Below, piece by piece: positions 1 to 38,600 of a DNA stretch of 64,000 bases. The first letter of the stretch is position 1. Each line of letters opens with the position of its first letter. Below the pieces are notes generated by a model that was not told the origin of the DNA, made no database searches, and saw nothing but the letters and a program-made list of their open reading frames with translations. A program made the translations under genes and the position numbers. Source of the DNA: Bugula neritina. Taxonomy: Eukaryota > Animalia > Bryozoa. Where the stretch lies: assembly GCA_964035545.1 (NCBI GenBank), contig OZ037768.1:17467875-17531874 (forward strand), in the 5' to 3' direction.

Positions 1-703
1 CACAGTTTCCACACCTAGAAGCACCAACTGATTTTCTGACGTTGGGCTGAGAGTGAGTGTGTGAAAGTTGTCCTCTGTGTTTATCAGTGTTACGAGTGTC
101 ATTAGAGTGATATTGATGAGTCGGAGGTCTATGTTTTACCAAGTTCACTTGTTCGAGTCCATATGTGTTATCCTTAGTCATAGTCTTGTAGTCAATAGCC
201 GATGCTTCTTCTCGTCTGCAGAGTTCAATTGCTTTGTCAAAGTCAGTCAAGTCAAACAGTTTCTTTCTAATCTTGTCACTTTCAATTCCCAGTATCAGTG
301 CCTGTAGTATCAGTCGGTTGTACATGTCTTTTAAGTCACATAGTCCTGCAATGGTATGTAGTTCAGTCAAAAATTCGTCAATAGTTCTATTTCCTTGCTT
401 ACAAGTCAGTAGTGAGTGAGTCTTAGCCACTAAGTTTATTCTTGGTTTGCAGTAGTCATCAAACTGCGTCACAACTTTGTCATAGTCAGTTTTGTCATTG
501 TTGTCAGTCCAGTTGAAAGAGTCGTATATTTGGTTGCCTCGGCGACCGATAGTTCTAAGTAGGTATGCAGTTTTCACTTTGCCTTCGGCTGTATCTTTCG
601 ATGTGGCCGTTAAAAAAAGTTCGAAGTCACGTTTAAAAATCTTCCATTCCTCAGGTAAATTCGGTCCATCTGCTAATGGTTTTGGCGCTAGTAATTGCTC
701 CAT
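1..703 (-). CDS. Gypsy Gag (partial, open to the window edge)
   Basis: ATG at 703, frame open to base 1: MEQLLAPKPLADGPNLPEEWKIFKRDFELFL...VVTQFDDYCKPRIN...TIDEFLTELHTIAGLCDL...RCGNC, ending at the start of a zinc knuckle. Confidence 0.8.
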   Translation of the reverse strand, partial: MEQLLAPKPLADGPNLPEEWKIFKRDFELFLTATSKDTAEGKVKTAYLLRTIGRRGNQIYDSFNWTDNNDKTDYDKVVTQFDDYCKPRINLVAKTHSLLTCKQGNRTIDEFLTELHTIAGLCDLKDMYNRLILQALILGIESDKIRKKLFDLTDFDKAIELCRREEASAIDYKTMTKDNTYGLEQVNLVKHRPPTHQYHSNDTRNTDKHRGQLSHTHSQPNVRKSVGASRCGNC

Positions 704-979
704 GTTATTTCAGTGTAATATTAATAATAATTAGACTCGGGGCACCATGTTTTATGTTGATTTGTGATATTATTTCAGCTATCGTGAAAAGACAGAACGT
801 GCTCGAGTTAGTTGATAAACGTAAGAGGCCGAAGCCGTGATTTATTACCACAATATATATACACGAAAATACTAAAACTATTACAATAAGTGATACAATT
901 AATTATTAAGATTATGACAAAAAATAGTAAAATAATAAAATAACAAATTAGAAATAAATGTTTACATGAACACCGAACA
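1..979 (-). mobile_element. 5' end of a Ty3/Gypsy LTR retrotransposon (LTR 748-979, PBS, gag), truncated by the window edge
   Basis: Putative LTR is TG...CA at 748-979. It is followed on the - strand by TGGTGCCCCG, a PBS matching the elongator tRNA-Met 3' end. Similarity to the upstream region of DNase-like copy 2 begins at 980 (cctgtga), which fixes the LTR edge. Confidence 0.8.
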
Positions 980-1228
980 CCTGTGAAATTTTTTAATTAT
1001 CTATATTTGATACCAATGTACGAGAGGGTTACCTCTGCCTTCCCTCCTTTAACAAATGTCTAGCTTTAAAAAATGCTATACATGCTACAGTAAATCAAGA
1101 TATAGGCATGAAATATTCAACAATTATTAAAGGGATAGGAGTTGGCTATGCCAAAATTTTCAGCTTTACGTACTGATGCTGGTATAGAATATTGCATTCA
1201 ACAGCATACGCCAGTTGATGTACTGAGC

Positions 1229-8784
<7,556 letters not shown>

Positions 8785-9871
8785 TTGAAATACACCTGGA
8801 GCAACCACGGAAATTACTCTTTACAGTTCTATATTATAACTGTTTGTGATTTCAGGCAAATTTGTATAACTTTAATTAGTTTTCAAACCTCTCTCATAAT
8901 TATGTGCTTGATTTAAAAAATAAAACTGTTTTTATTGGAGTTGTGGAACCATGCAATATTGTAACCTTTTATAAACAGCAGCTCAAGTATTTTTATTATC
9001 AATAGAATAGTTCATGAGTAGTTAACCCTGGTTGGATTTGTTATATCACCAGCATATTATGTTATTCATGATTTATAATATTATAAGTTAAGCATATTGT
9101 TTTCTGGAAGAGTTTGAATTTAGTTCTAAATTTTCACCGTAGCGGTGCCGTGCTAGTCCACTCCCTGTCTAAAGTTGGTTTATATAAGTGAAATGTAGTT
9201 TTTTCACCAAAAATTTCACGTTTAATAGCTTTTGGACATTTTTATAAAACAACTCACCAGCATGATTACGACAAATCTTTTGTGTTCATGTTGGAGGAGT
9301 TATTGTAGCGTATTCTATACTTTATTGCATCACATCCTTGCTCCATCTATATTAGTAGGCTAGTTGTAAGCTATAGTGACTTTAGCTAGTTTGATAGATT
9401 ATAGAGTCAGTAAATTGAAGTAGTTATAGCTCATAATTTCAGCAGCTTGTAAATAAGAGCTATAACGTAAAATATAATGCACATACGCAATACCATAATA
9501 TTATAGCAGGTTACTATATAATGTACTACTATACTGTATAATACAGTAGGCTACTATCATATAACTATTTAATACAAAATCATGCTATATAATACTTTAA
9601 TATTTCGATTAATCGTGCACACTATAAATACAATGATGCAACAACTTCGAAAAATTGAAATCTCAATTATTACAGCCCTGCTGAAAAAGTTTGTTGTTGT
9701 ATTTTAATCTATGGTTACATGTATATTTTGGATTTCAATTTTTTTAAAATATGGTTGTGAGTTTATTATTACGATGGTTAGCTCTGCATATAAAAGACAG
9801 GCATGACAGCCAAAAATTCTTGACCATTTTTGGTTCCTTGCTTTTATACAATTATTTCTAATTGCCTAAAT

Positions 9872-10217
9872 CAGATCTGTCTTACACGCAACCCTATAGG
9901 GTCAGATGTGGCCCCCCAACCTACATTTATGTGACTTCCAAAGGCATAAAGCTAAAATTAGTTTTTACAGTATACATGAATTGAAGTGCAAAATCAAATA
10001 ATATTAATTAATGTCTTATTTATACACACGCTACATTGCTACACGCTGCATAAACTATTAGGACGTTATCGTGTAATGATTTATAAAAATATGGAATGAA
10101 GTAATTTGACCAATGCTGGCATTGTGGCCCCTAGCACAAGCTAAAGCTTACAGTATGGCCCTCGACATAAAATTTTCCTTTTCAGTGGCCCTCGATCTAA
10201 AAAAGTTGGACACCCTG
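9872..10217. mobile_element. Non-autonomous hAT (Charlie-type) MITE
   Basis: 8-bp TSD GCCTAAAT at 9864-9871 and 10218-10225. Right end aagttggacaccctg; internal tggccc repeats. Confidence 0.8.
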
Positions 10218-10612
10218 GCCTAAATCATTCAATTGCTTGTCTGTATATGCCTGTATTACCATTCACCTGGGTGTTATTGCCTCAGTACGTAACCACATAT
10301 CTATTCTAAAAATTTAAGTGCTACCATCATCATCCAGTATTGTACTATTACTTGTAACCCTGTGAGGTTGTTGAACAATTTATACTTCATACCAATGTAC
10401 GAAAGGGTTACCTCTACCTTCCCTTTTTCAAAGAACCTATAACTGCGAAAAAAAGCTATGCAAGCTGCAGTAAACTAAGATATAGGCATGAAATCTAGAG
10501 CAAGTATGAGTGATACAGTTTGTTATGCCAGGTTTTTCAGCAATACACTGATGCTGGTATAGAATGACATTACATTCAACAGTATACAGCAATTGATGTA
10601 CTGAGCATAAAC

Positions 10613-23674
<13,062 letters not shown>

Positions 23675-25419
23675 TATGGAAATACATGAGACATCACAGA
23701 AATTACTCTTTACAATGCTATAGATAACTGTTTGTTATTTTAAGAAAAGTTGAAGAACTTACAACTGCATAATTTAATTTAATTTCATATACCTTTCTCA
23801 TTATTATATGTCAACATAAAAAAATAGAAATGTTCTTATTGGAGTTGTGGTAACCATACATTGCTTTAACTTGTTACTGCTAGCAATTTATGTATGTGTA
23901 TTATTATTGTAATAACTTACAATTAAGGAACTTTTGCTGGTACCGGGTTATAGATAATAAATATACACAATTAGCATATTATATACATCATCCTTACAGA
24001 GGTTGCTTTTTGATCAACTGATGATAATTTATAGTCAATGCATTATAACTCTCTATTTTGTTATTTTGTTATAAACACACATGTATATCTACAAATACTG
24101 CAATGAGCATTGCACGAATAAACATTGCAATTTATAAACAATCGATAACAAAATATATAGAGAGTCTGAGTAAGTCTTGAATTAGGTCTCATTGCAGTAT
24201 TACCCTGAATCGTTAGACGCAATGCTGCATGTGAGCATAATTGCTGAAAGTGTTGAATAGTGTCTTGGAGCATTCATATGGAATATTATAAAAATGGTGA
24301 AAAATTGTGAAAAATAGAAACTTTTGTACGATGTACAAAGTTGCCAAATTCTTCTTCACTGCACTCACTTTACAGAATAAAATGACTCTAGAAGAGAGTC
24401 ATTTTATTGCTGGAGTTGTTTTCCTACCATATACAGTTCAATTTAGGCTTGTACTATGTTTAGTTATATATGCTGTCAGCTCTTGGGTTCACATTAAAAA
24501 ACTGCCTTTAATGTCATGTATTCCACACAGTTATTATAAGGCAGCTTTTGACCACTTTGATGTTATCAATCACATGGTTGCGGAATACTATTCTCTAGCT
24601 GATGTTAAAAGTTTATATGTCTGTTTTATACTTGTTAGACTTTCGAGATCAATACACACTGTTGTTTTAATTTTATTCAGCAAGAAAAACCATAAAATAT
24701 ATTTTGAAAAATCTCAACAAAAATTTTTGCAAATTTTTAGTAAAAAACACACAGTGAGCAGTAACATTGGTTCATTAAATAAATTTATATCAACCATAAT
24801 TATAAAAAGTGACGTAAAACTTTATTTGTGGTGAATGCAATACATTTTTGAGCAAACATTTTTGATTATTGACGAGCAATGACTACAAAAATCTTAAATA
24901 AGTTCCAAAAAACTGTCACAATTATAGCTTTTTGTGATACAAGAGCTGAATTAGTGCTAATTTTGCACATTTTTGATAAAAATATGATACAATAGCTATT
25001 GATAAAAAAAAAATTTTGGTACCTAGACAAATTGCAGTAAAACCTTAAAACAATATTATGTCATAAAATAAAGTTTTAGAACTTGAAAACAAAAGTCATG
25101 ACTTTCTACAAAAAAGAGTTTAGTGTAAAGATTCATCCTAGCTAATTGAACACATATTTGTAATAAAATCAAAGATATTACAAGTTTATCAGTACAGTTA
25201 GACTTGTTATTGTAAATATCAAGAACTATCTGATAAATCTTCAAAGATGCTCTCCCATATCAGCTCCAAGCCAATGGAATCAAATATTTTGTGTATCAGT
25301 GTTGCTAAAACTAGCATAAAACAGAAGAGGCTAGTCTCATTCTCTACAGTTATAAAAACACAGACTTTACCAACATGCTCATTAAATAATTCAATCTGTA
25401 TCCTGTTTCATTAATTACA

Positions 25420-25682
25420 CTACTACTATTACTACTCCAGTTAGTACCACTAGCACTACTTACTAATTTACTACGGCTACTACTGCTACTGCTACCATTA
25501 CTATGACTACGACTGCTACTACTGCTACCACAACTGCTACTATACTACTGCTACTGCTTCTACTGCTACTAATATGTTGCTGCTGCTTCTGCTATTGCTA
25601 TACTAATACTACTGCTGCTACTAATACTGCTGCTGCTACTACAACTACTACTGCATGCTACTACTACTGCTGCTGCTGCTGC
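25420..25682. repeat. (CTA)/(CTG) compound trinucleotide repeat
   Basis: Direct reading. Confidence 0.9.
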
Positions 25683-26102
25683 ATAACCAGGGAACAGCTG
25701 CTGTGTAGTGGTTAAAAGATTGAAGGAGTAGGAATAAAGCAATGGTGTCAATCTTAGCGAAGTCACTGGTGATGTCAGGAAAAGTATTCCCCCATAATTA
25801 TTTTTGTGCCACACAGCTCTTAGCCCACTTAAAAGCTTTTACCATAAATGTGAGAGTTCATTCACTAAATCTACATGATCAGTAGTTGCTGAATTGTAGA
25901 GTTTGAAGTGACTAGGAGATGCGCATATTGCAGCAGCTAAGAGCAGCCTGCAATGTTGGCCAGCAATAATTACTATTAGTTTTATACTACGAAGAACTGC
26001 AGAGTAAAATGACAAATGTCATCAGAATGAGCACAAAATTCATTATGAAACAAAATTGAGTATACAACCCTCAAGCAGGCATTAGATGAGAGCTAAGACC
26101 TA

Positions 26103-26390
26103 AGGGTGTCTCGTAAAAAATGGCACAGGTAATGATGGCACAGGTAATAATAGCACAAATGGGAAAGTTAGTAAAATTGGCACACTTTCAATATTAGGGG
26201 TGGAGTGGTGGAATTGAGGGTTTGGAATGGGGGTTTAGATGTGGGGATAGAGTTTGAGTTTAGAGTTAGGGTTAAAGGGTTGGGGGTTTGGGTTTGGGAA
26301 AATTTAACATCAGTGTGTCATTTTTACCTACTTTTCCACTTGTGCCAGTTTTACCTGTACCATTATTGCCTATTCCGTTTTTACGGTGTA
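26103..26390. mobile_element. MITE-like element with inverted subterminal repeats and a G-rich telomere-like core
   Basis: ggcacaggtaa repeats on the left, ttacctgt(g)cc on the right; core ttagggttaaagggttgggggtttgggtttggg. Confidence 0.6.
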
Positions 26391-26493
26391 AATTTTACAT
26401 ATAATGAAGGCTTAAGATATACATGCGCTTGTGTGGGCTCATACAGTTATGCATATATGAATATTTTAACACTACACAGATAAAGTACATATA

Positions 26494-31031
<4,538 letters not shown>

Positions 31032-32651
31032 GGTTTGTGTGACAACTCCTAATACTAATTTCACCTAAGTATATGAGTCTCACTTAATACAGTTATTCTA
31101 GAGCTCCTCCAAACAAAATTGAATGACATAGTTTGCTCAAAAGCTAAGTATATTTGGTGAATCACATAACTTTAGCAAAACTGGAGTGAAGCGAGCTAGT
31201 AAAGCAGCATTACTAAAATATGCAGGCTTATCTGCTATCTCCCCAGTGACTAATGAATGACAAGTAAAAAACCTTTTGTGTTCATGCTTGAGTGGAATAA
31301 TTATGTTGTATTCTATGCTATATTGTATTAAACTTGCTCCATTCACACTAGTAGGCTAGTTGTAAGTAGTGACAATTTAGCCCGTAGGTTATTGATAGAT
31401 TATAAAGTCAATAAATTGAGTTCATATCATAATGTAGACAGTTTGTAAATAATAGCTGCAACATAATACTATATAGTATATAGATAGTATGAGATGTTAG
31501 GTTTTCAACAGAATTTTAGCATGTGTCCGAAATCAAAGCTATAAAAATTCTAATCAACGATTACCAGGTGCACAGGAAATATAATTTCGTATAGTACAGA
31601 AGTACTTTGATAATGCTCCTCTTTTTATAATTTCATTTTATTGAATTTCATCTATGACTAGCTCAGGTGTCAAAATAATTGTTTGAAACAATTTAAACTT
31701 TGGCATAGCAAAGTAGCATCAAGTAGTTATTTATGCACAGTAAAAAATTATTTCAAGTCCTAAGAGAGAGGCAGCTGGCATAATGTGATAAACTGTATTA
31801 AAATTAGACATTTTCTTTATATAAATAGCATATAGTTATAGGCTTATTGCTGTTATATGAATGCCATTATTGACAAAATATTACTGTGTAACTGCACAGA
31901 TCTCTGTTTTATTAAGCTCCATCAGTAGATCAGGCTAAAATCAAAGAGTTCAGACTGTTCAGTAAACTAGAAGTATATGTGAGAAAAAATTTATATCTCT
32001 TGTCCTACTCTATTTTTTTTTCAAAATTTTTCACTTTTGCTAAAACTTTTGCTTATTGGTAATTGGTATAACTTCTAACAAAATAAATCAGGTTGGCATG
32101 ACAAAAATCATTTATTTTAAAGTAAGTAGGTAATTGTTTATACTTATCTTTTAAGGCAAAATCAAAATTATTCTTTTAAATTATAGAGTTCAAATACTAA
32201 TTTATGGTTTATAAAAATAAAAATATATTTGATCATATATATTATAATCAACAAAAATTGAGGGAAATAAATATAAATGTTTGATCAACAAAAAATGACG
32301 CAAATAAATTATAACCAAATATTGCACTGTTCATCTATACTCACACAGCAATAAAATATAAATTTCCAAAATAATCAAGACAATAAACTTCCTGAAAGCA
32401 TTTGAAACATTTTAATGGACGGTTTATGAAAAATATTTTACTGTTACAGAGTTAAAATGTCTATATCACAGTATTGATGATTAAGTTAACACCACAGCTG
32501 CAGCTCATTACTATATATTTTAAATTTACTAGTGTCGTGACTTGACCTTATATGACATACTAGGCAATGCATTAGGAACTTCGACTAGCCATCCTTAACA
32601 AAATGAATATTACTCTTCAAAACTTCCATGTTGCTGATGGGTTGCACAAGT

Positions 32652-35600
32652 TCATAGACAGAGCCGTAAGCTTTTCACTCGCCGAATCTTAGTGTCAGCT
32701 TCCTAAAATACAGAGCAGCGAGAATTGCATCAATAGAATTATTATATTATTATACATTATTATATATATTATATTATACGAAGTTCTTCCACGAGTTATC
32801 ACCAGTAAACAACTGAGTGCAACTTTTGATTGACATAACTGTACAAGAATGGCAAGTGTCGAAATTTCCGTGCCTTATTGTTGGAGAGAGGGACATCCCA
32901 AACATTTAAATTTAGACATTGACCTAGGTCTATGTAGTTGATTGAAGTATAGTAGCAACAAGTTGAATGCTGTCAAAACAAAGTACAAGATGCTGTTTTA
33001 GAACATTAGTTGGGTTTCATTTTAGTAATTATATAGCAGCTGGTGCTGTACATGTCACCTTTATTTAATATTGCAGAGTGTCTCTCTAACATAGAGTATA
33101 ATTAAACACAGTTCAAATTTGCCTGTAAATTATAAGACATTAGATGACAAATTTTAAAGCCTCGTTTCCAACATTTTAAAGCAACAAGTTTTACATATAC
33201 AAAACTTGATTTAAAGTTAAAATAAACAACTTGTGCTTACCGTTTCTAAAACTATCGTTGACTTTCCATTCTTGGAACTGTGTGAGATTAATTCCGTACA
33301 CTCAGCACCAAAACATGGCTCAGAATTGGCTGGAACCACTTTTACAAAATCACTGACAGACGTTGTGATTCGTCCTGATTCATCCCTTACAGAAATGTCC
33401 AGTATGCATACACCCTACAGTAATATAATATTACAGAAATATCCAGTATACATATACCCTACAGTAATATAATATTACAGAAATGTCCAGTATACATATA
33501 CCCTACAGTAATATAATATTACAGAAATGTCCAGTATACATATACCCTACAGTAATATAATATTACAGAAATATCCAGTATACATATACCCTATAGTTTA
33601 CTTGTTTCCCCTGAGTTGAAGGCAAAACACCCATTGAAACTTATTGTACAATATACTACAATGCTATGAGTATGGAGTGATCTACTATGATATTAGTCAC
33701 AAATCTATGTAATGGAAGAAATGGTAACTCTAAAGTCAAATGATGCTGCAATGAATATCAAGCAGTCTTGGAAATCCATAGTGGATATGTAATGTTTCTT
33801 GTTTGTTGTACGTTTGCGTGGGTAATAATTAAGATGAGACCATTGGAATAATGTATCGTGACGTTTATTATTGTAAGGTATAAAGTATACAGCTTGACAG
33901 CATAGAAAGAACTCTTGCTGATCATAAGTGTAAGGTATATATATATAACATAGGAATGAATCACAAATCTACGACATCATATGTATTAATAGCATATTAC
34001 TGTTAAGTATATAAATAACTCAGCAATTGTAAACAACATTATACTACATCTCCCCTTTCTAAATGTTTTATAATAGAAAAGCATAAAACAACAGTATAAG
34101 CATGATGAAAAGTTGGCATGCAACTAAACTAATTCTCACTAATGATTATAATGACATAATAAATGAATACAAACTCTGCATGCTATTAATTGCTAGGTGC
34201 TGGTGCAAACCTCAACTACTACCCATGGCATGTTATTGTTAATTCTACATGTCATAACCTAATCTCTCTGGTTTTCTAACTAACCTTCCTCTCTGAGTTC
34301 TATATGCACCTGGAGGATTTACATTCGAACTATTTTCAGATTGCGAACTGTTTGAATCATCAGCTTGATCTATAGGAGGGCCAGGTACGGCAGGGATAGA
34401 TCTGTGCATAGGGGGCAATACCGGAGTAGATATTTGTTGAGGCTCATTTGTTAAAGTTATATCCCCTCTAGTTCTACGGTACAATTTATTCTCGTCGGTT
34501 ACTACCCAGTATGACCTTGGACCAGTCAGGTCTTGTTTCTGAATTTTTCCCAAAATCCACTTATCATTAATTTTTGCACGAACTCTCTGACCAGGTTTTA
34601 AAACTGAAAGTTCAGATTTAGCATGTCTGTCATAATTTAATTTCTGCGTAGATTTGACAATCTCAAATTCATTTTGAATTATCTGTTTGTCATAGCTATT
34701 TGGAAAAAGCGTTTTCAAATCTCTAGGAAGAGTGTCTGGCAGCACTCTACCTTGTAGTAGTACAGCTGGCGATGGTATTTTATCACCTATTGGAGTGTTT
34801 CTCAAATTTCTCAAACCACCATAAAATGTTTTGCCTTCAGCTTTGCATTTTTTTAGTAAAACTTTTGCAGTCCTAACGTACCTTTCTGCACACCCATTAC
34901 TTTGTGGATACCCTGGTGAAGATGTCAAATGCTCAATGCCTTGTTCATTCAAAAATATTTTGAATTGTTGACTAGTAAACTGGGGCCCATTATCACTTCT
35001 AAGTACACATGCAACCCCAAAATCAGCAAATGTTTTCTCAAAACACTGAATCACTGATGAGCTTGTTGACGTCTTTAATGGCTCAATAATTAACCACTTG
35101 CTAAAGTAATCAACAATTAACATGAAATCATTTCCGTCCAAAGAAAACAAGTCAGCTGCTACTGTATGAAAAGGATATTTAGGTATCTCACTAGCCATCA
35201 TTGGCTGCCTACATTGCTGCTCAATGTTTTCCCTACATTGCACGCATGACTGAATCATTTCCTCAATTCGATTGTTTATTCCAGGCCAAAACACCACTGT
35301 TTTTGCCAATGCCTTTGTTTTCACAATGCCTTGATGTGACTTATGTAATTTTTGCAAAATTTCTGTTTGTTTTGACATTGGTACTATCAGCTTTGAACCA
35401 ACAAATAGAAATTCATCACAAATTCCAATTTCATTACGCCATGGCCAATATTTTCTTCCAACAAAGCTGCACGATTTCCTATATGGCGGCCATCCATTAA
35501 TTACCAATAGTTTGAGTGCCTGTAGCTCTCTGTCGCTCAAAACTGCTTGTTTGTATTCTGCTTTAGCTTGGTCAGAACAAAATATCATTTCAGGCAACTT

Positions 35601-38600
35601 GTCCATAAGATCAAATTCAGCAACATTTACAGATGTATCTATGTCAGGGTATGATGCTCTACTCAGCATATCAGCTATGTACATTTCATTACCTTTCTTG
35701 TACACTAATTTGAAATCGTAGGACATTAACTCAAGCAGCATTCTCCTAATTCTAGGATTTGTGTCCTCTATGTTTTTCTCCACTATGCCTAGTAAAGGCT
35801 TGTGGTCAGTTTGCACAAAAAATTTGCTACCTCCATAGACATAATAATGAAACTTCCTACAGCCAAACAACACTGCTAACAATTCCTTTTCTATTTGTGC
35901 ATAGCGCTTCTGAGTGTCAGTTAATGACTTGGCTGCAAATTCCACTGGTTGGCCTTTTTGCATTAAAACTGCCCCCAAGCTAAATGAACTAGCATCCACT
36001 TGCAGTGTTATTTCTTCATCAGAATTAAAATGCTTCAAAAGTGGTGCATTTGAGACAAGTTGCTTAATTTTAACAAATGCATTATTGTGTGCCTTTTCCC
36101 AAATAAAAGTTGTATTCTTTTTCAACAGCTGTCGCAATGGTTGTGTTTCATTTGCCAAATCAGGGCAGAATTTTCCCATATAATTAACAAACCCAAGAAA
36201 TCGTTGAACATCATTTTTGCATGTGGGAGTCAGCATTTCCTGAATTGCTTTAGCCCTATTTCTTTTTGGCAAAATTCCATCACCTGAAATTTCATGGCCT
36301 AGAAAGTTAACTACTTGTCTACCTATAGCACACTTCTCAGGGTTTAATTTCAGATTTATCTCACGGCATCTCAACAAAACTTCCCTAAGCCTTCGGTCAT
36401 GAATCTCTTTAGTAGGTGCATGGATTGGCAAATCATCAATATAGATTTCAATTCCCTCTATATCACCTAGTTTTTGACACATTGTTTTATGAAAAACCTC
36501 AGCACTTGAATTTAACCCGAACGGCAGTCGTTTGTAGTTGTAACGCCCATAGGGTGTAATAAATGTTGTCAATTTACAACTTTCTACATCAAGTGGTATC
36601 TGGTGAAAACCATTTGTAGCATCTAGAGTACTAAAGAATTTTGACTGGCCTATCCTGCTGTATATCTCTGTAGTTGTAGGCAACTTATAGTGCTCTCTCA
36701 TGATCTCTTTGTTCAACAGCCTAGGATCTAAGCAAAGCCTTATTTGGTTGTTAGGCTTTTCCGCTACTACAATGGGTGAAACCCAATCTGAAGGCTCATT
36801 GCATTTTTGAATAATTTCTAATTTCTCAAGCCTATCAAGCTCTGCTTTTAGCTTTGGTTTTACATTTATGGGAACAGGTCTAACATTACATACTACTGGC
36901 TTAGCCTCAGGTCTTAGTGTAATGTGGTGTTCTATGTCTAATTTTCCAAACCCCTCAAAAACATCCTTGAATTCTTCAACTATCAACTTACTGCTATCAG
37001 TATCTACTTGCTCTACCTGATCTATTCCTATTAGACCAAGCTCCTTGATGGTGGGCAAGCCCAAAAGAGGTGTGTTTTTTGCAGTGGTTACATAGAACTC
37101 AGATTTGTAGGTTTTACCCCTAAAACTGAATGGCAGTTCTACGACTCCATCTACTGGAATAACATGTCCAGTGTAGCCTGTGAGCTTTGTACCAGCTTTT
37201 CTAAGTTCCCTACTTACATCAAGATTTTCAAAAATATCTCTTGTCAAAACATTAACTTGTGCACCTGTATCAACTTTCATGGCAACCTTAGTTTTACCAA
37301 AAACAAAATTTTCAAACCAAACTGAAGAATTGCATGCATTAAGTTTAACATTGCTACACAATCCTACATTAAACATGCATGGTTCCTCATTGACATCTGC
37401 AGTGGCATCTGGTACTTGTACAGCGTTAGTTGTAGATTTCATTATAGCCTTAGATCTACATACCTTAGCAAAGTGATTAAATTTACCGCATTTGTTACAG
37501 GATTTTCCATACGCTGGGCAGTGTCTCCTTCTGTGACTAGATCCGCAGCTATGGCAGTTGTTAATAATATCCATTGTGTGGTTTTTTGGCTGAAAATTGT
37601 TTGAGTAATCTTTTTTCCTTATCGCATCTACATCTGCTGGTTGCTCTGGTGCAGCACTCGCAAGGTTTCTCTGTATTATCTCCTTGGCTCTCATGCGTTG
37701 TGTTACGTTTTCTAGCGTTAACTGATCTTCTGTCAGTTGCTGTAGCTCAATTGACAGAGCCTTGTCTTTCATCCCTGTCAGCAATCTATATTTAATGTTA
37801 TCATTTATCGCATTGCCAAATTCGCAATGTTGTGCTAAAGAGTATAGTGCCCTGATATACTCCTCATTGTTTTCATTAGGTTCCTGAGTTCTTCCATTGA
37901 ACTGCACAATGTGATGTGCCTTGTTTGTCCTAGGTTTGAAATATGTGTCAAATGCTTCCTTTACCTTATCATATTTCTTTCTGTCATCATTTGTGAGTGG
38001 TAGCTGTATAAAAATGTCCTCGGCTGCTTCTCCCATCGTATATAATAGACTGTCTATTTGTAAGTCGTCAGCTTCTTTTGACATTTTTGTTACATTGTGA
38101 TATCTGCTATATCTTCGTATCCACTCACCCCATCCACTTGGGTTAGTGAAGTCAAATGATGAAGGTGCTCTTGTAGCCATTATTCTTCTTTCAGGTCACA
38201 CACTTCTGACACCATGTAATGTTTCTTGTTTGTTGTACGTTTGCGTGGGTAATAATTAAGATGAGACCATTGGAATAATGTATCGTGACGTTTATTATTG
38301 TAAGGTATAAAGTATACAGCTTGACAGCATAGAAAGAACTCTTGCTGATCATAAGTGTAAGGTATATATATATAACATAGGAATGAATCACAAATCTACG
38401 ACATCATATGTATTAATAGCATATTACTGTTAAGTATATAAATAACTCAGCAATTGTAAACAACATTATACTACAGGATAGATGTTTATATAATTACAGC
38501 AAGAGAACTGCTGGTGAGTACATTCTGATTGCTGAAAGTATTTATTTCCCCAAAACTTTCCCTTCCTATATGCTAGAAAACGATATAAGAACAAAGATCT

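Noticed and set aside
24307-24834. 175-aa ORF
   Set aside because: AT-rich, non-ATG start and no recognisable motif; probably a chance ORF in repeat-derived DNA.
33388-33596. Possible CRISPR array
   Set aside because: Contiguous tandem units with no unique spacers, eukaryotic context and no cas genes.
33758-33964. Duplicated 66-68 aa ORF (also 38191-38391)
   Set aside because: Lies within the two LTR copies; no evidence that it is coding.
35201-37795. Several + strand ORFs
   Set aside because: Antisense shadows of the Gypsy gag-pol ORF.
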